From Dipteris shenzhenensis (Eukaryota), in assembly GCA_047967505.1 (NCBI GenBank), contig CM106538.1: DNA of 64,000 bases; one strand, given 5' to 3'. The position numbers and the translations under genes were made by a program. Positions 57,185 to 64,000 of the stretch are shown here, piece by piece (the stretch's first letter is position 1; each line of letters begins with the position of its first letter). The notes beneath the pieces were generated by a model, which did no database searches, was not told where the DNA came from, and saw only the letters and a program-made list of their open reading frames with translations.

Positions 57185-60100
57185 TCATTCAATAAGAATG
57201 GCGCACAGATTTTGGATCTTCAAGGGAAGGTCATTGGTAAAGGTACACAATGCAACAACATCTACGAACTCTCAGCTTTCAGGGCTCAAGCAGATGTGAG
57301 CAACACTAAGCTATGGCATGAGAGGTTTGGTCATCTAAACCTTAGTTCTTTAAAGGAGAAGCATAAAAGTGGAATGATTGCAGACCTACCAGAAATTATA
57401 GATCTGCCTGATGTATGTGAAGGTTGCATGATGGGGGCAAGTAGCATCGGCAGCCCTTTCCTAAAGGGGCCAATAGGGCAACGGCTCCTCAAGAGCTTGT
57501 TCACACGGACCTCTGTGAAAAGATGGAGACAAAATCCTTGGGTGGTTCCTACTACTTCATGATGCTGATCGATGACTATAGCAGAAGGATATGGATATAC
57601 TTCCTGAAGACTAAAGATGAGGCTTTTAGTAAGTTCAAAGAATGGCATGTAATGGTCAAGAAAGAAACAGGGAGGAAGGTGAAGAAGTTGAGATCAGACA
57701 GAGGTGGAGAGTTCACATCAAGTAAATTCGAAAGTTAGTACAAAAGTCACGGGATCAAGAGGCAGAAACCCCCACCACATACATCACAACAAAATGGAGT
57801 AGCAGAGTGCAAGATGCATGTCATCTATGAAATGGGCAAGAGTATGATAAAAGGGAAAGATTTGCTAAAGACTTTCTGGGCTAAAGCATGTAACACGGTA
57901 GTTTACATTTTGAATCGTAGCTACATGAAGGCTATGAACGAGATGACTCCACTGCAGGCCTTTTCTGGTAAGAAACCTTCAGCTGCACATTTCAGAGTTT
58001 TTGGATGTGAATGTTTTGTGCATGTCCCTGATGCTAACAGGACCAAATGGGAACCGAAGAGCCGAAAGTGTATTTTCTTGGGCTATAGTGAAGAGGCGAA
58101 GGGTTACCGTCTCTATAATCCTATTACCAAGAAGGTAATAGTAAGTTGCAATGTGGTCTTCTCAGAACAGCAGCATCAATTGGAGGAGGATGCTTCCTTC
58201 CCAAACAACCAAGACCATGATATCCATCCAGTAAAACCACCAACAGCAGACCAATCTCCCCCAATGGTGCTTGGGAGGATTCAAGATAAAGAAGAGGAAG
58301 AAGAGCCTACAGAACCACAATAGAAACGACCATTCCTGAAGTGGGTGGGTAAAGGAGGTGTTTGAAGGTAGAGAACCTCCAACCATTGAGTAGGAACTAT
58401 CCAAACACTACTGGTCCAAGAGTTTAGAGGAGCAAAGAAGTGCGCAGGAACACTTAGTCAACTACGCTTTGATGACAGAGGTGAACCGTGTTGAAGAACT
58501 CAAGTGTCTTGAAGAGGCATAGAGTGATGATAGGTGGATGGAGGCTATGCAGTCGGAGTATGGCTCCATAATGAAGAACAACACTTGGGACCTTGAGAAT
58601 CGACCACCAAAACATAAGGTAATCGGCACCAAGTGGGTGTACAAGACCAAGTACAAGTTTGACAGCATGTTGGATAAGTACAAGGCTCAGCTCATGGCAA
58701 AAGGATTCGTATAGGTACATGGTTTTGATTATCAGGATACTTTTGCTCCCACATCTCGACTAACCACAATTCGCAGTGTTTTGGCTTTAACAGCATAGGA
58801 AAGTTGGCTCGCATTTTAGATGGATGTAAAATCTGCCTTTCTGAATGGAGATCTCAAGGAGGAGGTATACATGGAACAACCACTAGGTTTTGAGATTTCC
58901 AATTCAAAAGGTAAAGTCTATAAACTAAAGAAGGCACTTTACAGGCTGAAACAGGCCCCATGAGCGTGGTACCAGCAGATTGATGCCTACTTTCTACAAA
59001 ATGGGTTCAGGAGGATGCAAATTTATATATGTATAGAGAAGGAGGCAGGTGTATGATCATGGTCCTTTATGTGGATGACCTTTTCTTAACAGGGAACCAT
59101 ATAGAAAACATCTTGCAGACAAAGCAGTTGCTAGGAAGAGAGTTTGAAATGACAGACCTCGGGCTGATGCATTTCTGTTTGGGAATTGAAGTTTGACAAG
59201 AGCCAAAACAGATCTTCATCTCACAACTAAAGTATGCTAGAGAGATATTGAAGGCATTTGGCATGGTTGAATGCAAGACAGTTGGTAGCCCTATGGAGGT
59301 TGACGTGAAGCTCTCAAACGAGGCTTCTTCACCGCTGGTGGATGAAGCGAAGTACAGAAGGCTTGTGGGTAGTTTGATTTACTTGTGCAACATACAGCTA
59401 GACATCAATTTTGTGACTAGTGTATAAAGCAGGTTTTCCAATAAGCCCTGGGAGAATCATTGGAGGGTAGGGATGCGAGCGCTGAAATACATCAAAGGCA
59501 CACTTGATTAGGGCAACACCTTCACCAGATTTTGTGACTCAGATTGGGCAAGAGATGTGGACAGCAGGAGATCAGTGATAGGTTAGTGTTTCTCACTTGG
59601 ATCTAGAGCTGTGTCATGGGTCAACAAGAAGCAACCTACAATTGCTCTTTCTTCTATCAAGGCTGAGTACAAATTAGCATGTTTTGCTTCTTGTGAGGCA
59701 GTGTGGTTGAGGAGGATTATAGGGGACATGTGCAGTGCAGAATAAGCCTACATAGCTATCATGTGATAATCAGAGTTGCATGGCAATTGCAAAGAACCCT
59801 GTGTTCCACGCTCGCACAAAACACATTGAGATTCAATATCACTTTGTACCCGAGCTCATCATGGATGGAGAGGTCGACTTGGTGTACTGTTCGACTACAG
59901 AGAATGCTACAGAAATCTTCACGAAGGCTCTTGGAAGAGACTTGCTGGAGAGGCATCTTCATCGACTTGGCATTGGGCTGAAAAAGTAAGTTCACTTGCA
60001 GGTGGGACATTGAGGGGGGTGTTAGATATCAATGCTCCACTCTCATGTAACTACGTGGGAACCAGCTTACTCTACTTGTAACCCCCCCATATGAGGAGAA

Positions 60101-60240
60101 GGCATTTGAGGAGCTCGGTTATCTAGTAGGTCCTGGTTTGGACACCAGATGGGGGCCATGTTTGGCTTGATGGCTGGACGGCTTCAGATAGAGTTGGCAC
60201 ACTGCCAACTAGGCTACATGCAAGTGCGGGAAGGCATCCT
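57185..60240 (+). mobile_element. Decayed Copia family D copy: integrase-RT-RNaseH, PPT, partial 3' LTR
   Basis: LWHERFGH, LRSDRGGEF, YVDD, NPVFHARTKHIEIQYHF; PPT 60011-60019; LTR from 60020; many stops. Confidence 0.9.
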
Positions 60241-60459
60241 AGTTGCACAAAAGGCAAATATGAGATTTTTCTACAGCCCAAGGGAGATGCTGCCAAAATT
60301 TTCCAATTACTTGCTTGCTTGATATGATTGCATCCTATTGCTTGCTTGCTTGCTTGCTTGAGTTCGTTGCTTTCTCGATATCTTGTCTTGTTTGTGTGCT
60401 TTTATTTCTCTTGTTTGTTTGACATTGTTGCTTTTTACTCATTGCTTGATTTGTAGCAT

Positions 60460-60950
60460 AATTTTTAACACTCATGCACAATGCATGGTAAGAAATTTGA
60501 AAATACACATGCCCAACCATGAAATTGATGGCTGATCCCCATCAAACTTTGAAGGCACAAGGGTTTTTATCTCATTGAAGCTATGTAAATAATTATTCTT
60601 ATTAGACACACATTGATATGCTAGAAGCACTCATGCATGATGCATGTTTAAGAATGTTGAAAATATGCCTACCCAACCATGCAAATGATATCCTATCAAC
60701 TCAAAAATTTACAAGGATAAGGGTATTACTGGTATTAAGACTTGTATAAAGTATCATATCCATTAAACCCATACACATATAATGCTACAAGCACACCGAT
60801 GCATATTTTTAACACTCATCCACGTTGCATGGTAAGAATTGTGGAAATACACATGCCCGGCCATGAAAAATATACCTGATCCACATCAAACTTTTGCAAG
60901 AACAATTCTATTAATTTCATTTAAGGCCTATGCAAAGTATTATACCCATC
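60460..60950. repeat. Degenerate tandem repeat, about 3 units of 160-180 bp
   Basis: CACTCATGCA..TGCATG.TAAGAA...AAATA...CCAACCATG recurs near 60468, 60628 and 60811. Confidence 0.7.
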
Positions 60951-61369
60951 AGGAGTTGGTTATGTAGTAGTACGAGTTGGATGATGCAATCATTAAGGAT
61001 TCTTGTATATTTAAATCAAATGATGAGATTCATACATTGGGTCAAGCCGTAGGCTTGAATGTTGCTTCATGTAATGTCTTTATATAATTTTATATTTTAT
61101 TTTGCTATGTAAAAGTTGTATTATTAATTTCTCAATCAACTATTGAATAAGATTTGTTATCAAGTAAAATGCATGTGTTATAAAAGGTAAAGATTATTCC
61201 TTAGAATTTTAGATGACTTCTTCACACCATGTACTATGAGTACTAATGCACTTAAGATTTTTTATTAATCTTTCACACTTAAATAATATAAAAATAGTGA
61301 CATTAATATCAATGTTATGAATGGTAGTACTGAATCTTTGGCAAAAATAAGATACTTAGCAGTAACTGA

Positions 61370-61600
61370 CACTACAAGGCATAAGTCCTTTTCTGATGAA
61401 AATACCAACCTTTTTTACACTAAAAAGTTTTTTTTTGACGGGTGCAAAGGTCATTATTTACATCGCGATAAGCATCGAAAAAGAACAGTTGCTATATAGT
61501 GACACTGGTAAATATCACTATATAGCAATACTGGTAAATGCCGCTATATAGTGACACTGGTAAATGTCACTATATAGCGACGATTAACAGAAGCTTAAAA
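61370..61600. mobile_element. Probable CACTA terminus with subterminal repeats
   Basis: CACTACAAG at 61370; direct and inverted (G)CTATATAGTGAC repeats at 61490-61580; partner end not found. Confidence 0.6.
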
Positions 61601-62861
61601 AAAACATTAGTGGGGTTAAACAGGGCCACAGCAAGCCCTGTTTTGTGCCCCACTAATGTTTTTTATTTAGTAATTACAAAAGAATGTTTTTTATTACAAA
61701 ATTTCCCTTGTGGAAAGGCTGATACAAAATCACTCAAATAAACCCAGTGACAGAAGCATATACATGTTGAAGATATACAACATTGTTTGTTACAAAATTA
61801 CCCTTTTGAAAAGGGTGATACAAAATCGCTCAAACGAGCCGATATACAAAAGCATATACATGGCAAAGTATATGCGAACTATTACTAATACTACTACTAC
61901 TAGTGCTCATCTGAATCATCATCCTCATCCTCGTTCTCATCTTACTGGCCTGATCCTTGGCCCTTGTGAGTTGCGCCTCATCCCTCGCCCTCGTGAGCTA
62001 TGCTTGAGACCCTTGGCCCTCGTTGAAGCCGTGTAAGGCTAATCCACCATCATCATCACTAGGGGTTTCCATTTTCTGAGCAGAAACTCCCGAGCAACAA
62101 GTGGACAAAAGGTAGGAGGGGTCAAAATATATAGGCTCAAGTCATTTTTGGGGAGCAAAAAAATCCAAATTATTTCAAGGAATATGTAAGTAAATATGAA
62201 ATACTAATAAATAGATATATATATATATATATATACCTTTATATAATATACATATATAATGTCCAAGTGGTGACTTATTTTATCACTTTCAAAAATGCTT
62301 TCTTTTCCTTTCACCATTGGTTGGATCGTGAAATTTTGAGCAAATATCCTCTTTATAGTTCCTCAGGATGACCTAAGAAAATAATATAATACTTTTTGAA
62401 TAGACCCTCTAAGTGTATTTTTCCAAAGGAATATGGTTTGAAGAGCTTGCCCCCCAACCCTATTCCGGCACTGGTGGAATACCCTTGGAGAGCCTATGCA
62501 GAAGGGGTCCTAACTTTTGCTCCTTATCTCAGATTGAGGAGCTGTAAAAATCATAAGAAAATAGAGTTTTTGAATCTAACTAAATGTAACATTTTCAAGG
62601 AAATGCATTTTTGTTAGTAAATCCCAATCAATAAATCCCAAACAAGCGAAAGTGATCTTGCCTTTCTTTAGTTGACTATAATAACAATGACTTTGCATGA
62701 GGGGCCATCTAGTTCACAGGCTTAGATTAGCATTGAGTCAGAATCAGACTACAATAACAATGACTTTGCATGAGGGACCATCTAATTCGCACACTCAAAT
62801 TAGCATTAAGCTAGAGTTAGACTGTAAGAACATATCATACTGTTAGAATTTTTTGATGATC

Positions 62862-63415
62862 GAGAAATTCTCCCATGGCAACCATCTAATCGCACGTCAT
62901 GGCTAGATAATGATGTATATGACTGCCTACACTAGGCTGGGCTACCGGCAAATATGGGTGAATATGCCACCGCTCCTCCCCCCTCATCCCATTGAATTAT
63001 TATGATCTTGGCTCCGATGACCAAGAAATTCTCCCATGGCAACCATCTAATTGCATGTCATGGCTAGACGATGATGTATATGACCGCCTATGCTAGCTTG
63101 GGCTACTAGCAAGTTGGGTGCATGTGCTACTGCTCCTCCCCCCTCACCCCATTGAATTATTATGATTTTGGCACTGCTGACCAATAAATTCTCCCATGGC
63201 AACCATCTAAATGGCTAGACGATGATGTATATGACTGCCTACGCTAGGCTAGCTGACCAGCAAGCTGAGTGCATGTGCCATCGCTCCTTCCCCCTCATCC
63301 CATTGAATTATTATGATCTTGTCTCCAATGACTGAGAAATTCTCCCATGGCAACCATATAATCGCATGTCATGGATAGACGATGATGTATATGACGCCAA
63401 GGCTGGGTTACCAGC
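62862..63415. repeat. Tandem repeat, about 3.5 units of 150-162 bp
   Basis: AAATTCTCCCATGGCAACCAT recurs near 62865, 63026, 63186 and 63337. Confidence 0.9.
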
Positions 63416-63441
63416 AAAATCTAGCAAGTGGATTGTGTTGT

Positions 63442-64000
63442 GGATGTGTCAATTTTATGAGCAAAAACCTATGAGCAGGTTTCTCTGAGCGTGTTTTTCA
63501 AGAGATTTAAAAATTTGTATTTCTTTAGGAAACATGGTTTTTATGCTTTTATTTTCACTAGAACTAGATCCCTTTATCATAAAAATATATAGACTAGTCA
63601 CTCATTCATTTTTACACAACATAAATTTTTTAATCTATAGACATCCCTTTGTACCCCTGTTATTACCTAAAAAAAGTGTTTAAAAATAATTCCTTTAAGA
63701 AACATCCCTCATAATCACTCTCAATGTAATAATACTATACACATATAATTACTTATTAATACATTTATATCATATGGCAATATCTTTCTAGTGTTTTTAT
63801 AGCATAAATAACAAGATATTTATGGACATGTTTCTAAAGAAGTTTAAATTACTATAAATAAGTATTAACTTGGGCTCATATATCACTCTCCTAAAATACA
63901 TATAATATTAATACTATATATGCAAGATTTTCCAAAATATAAGCCCTTAGATGTGCTCAAATGGGGTGTTCTGATCAATTTGAGTGGCTGAATGACTATA
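63442..64000. mobile_element. Second copy of the 3416-4431 non-autonomous element, running off the window
   Basis: Collinear with 3416-3955 starting from the same first base (GGATG(C/T)GTCAATTTTA). Confidence 0.9.

Overview
Transposon-dense plant genomic DNA (spliceosomal GT-AG introns, tRNA-iMet PBSs, Copia/Gypsy/CACTA remnants; species cannot be determined). No ordinary host gene is evident. The backbone is a nested Ty1/Copia stack with several resolvable TSDs, including one intact Copia (24144-29630), a gag-only element and a non-coding LTR element. The main discoveries are DNA transposons carrying chromatin-type cargo. (1) A complete 13.6-kb element (9705-23317) has 30-bp TIRs and a 4-bp TSD and splits a Copia LTR. 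It encodes a Sola/DUF7869-like DDE transposase on + and SET, FCP1/NIF phosphatase-like and ParB-like (possibly MTase-like) domains on -, around two arrays of a 24-bp palindrome. (2) A truncated region (about 42000-50250) holds a RAG1/Transib-like transposase C-terminus, a spliced histone H3-Ulp1 (SUMO protease) fusion gene and a probable BAH gene. (3) A second homologous SET gene lies at about 53.1-53.7 kb. Most cargo ORFs carry one or a few nonsense or frameshift lesions. All domain calls come from motif recognition by eye, not database searches.
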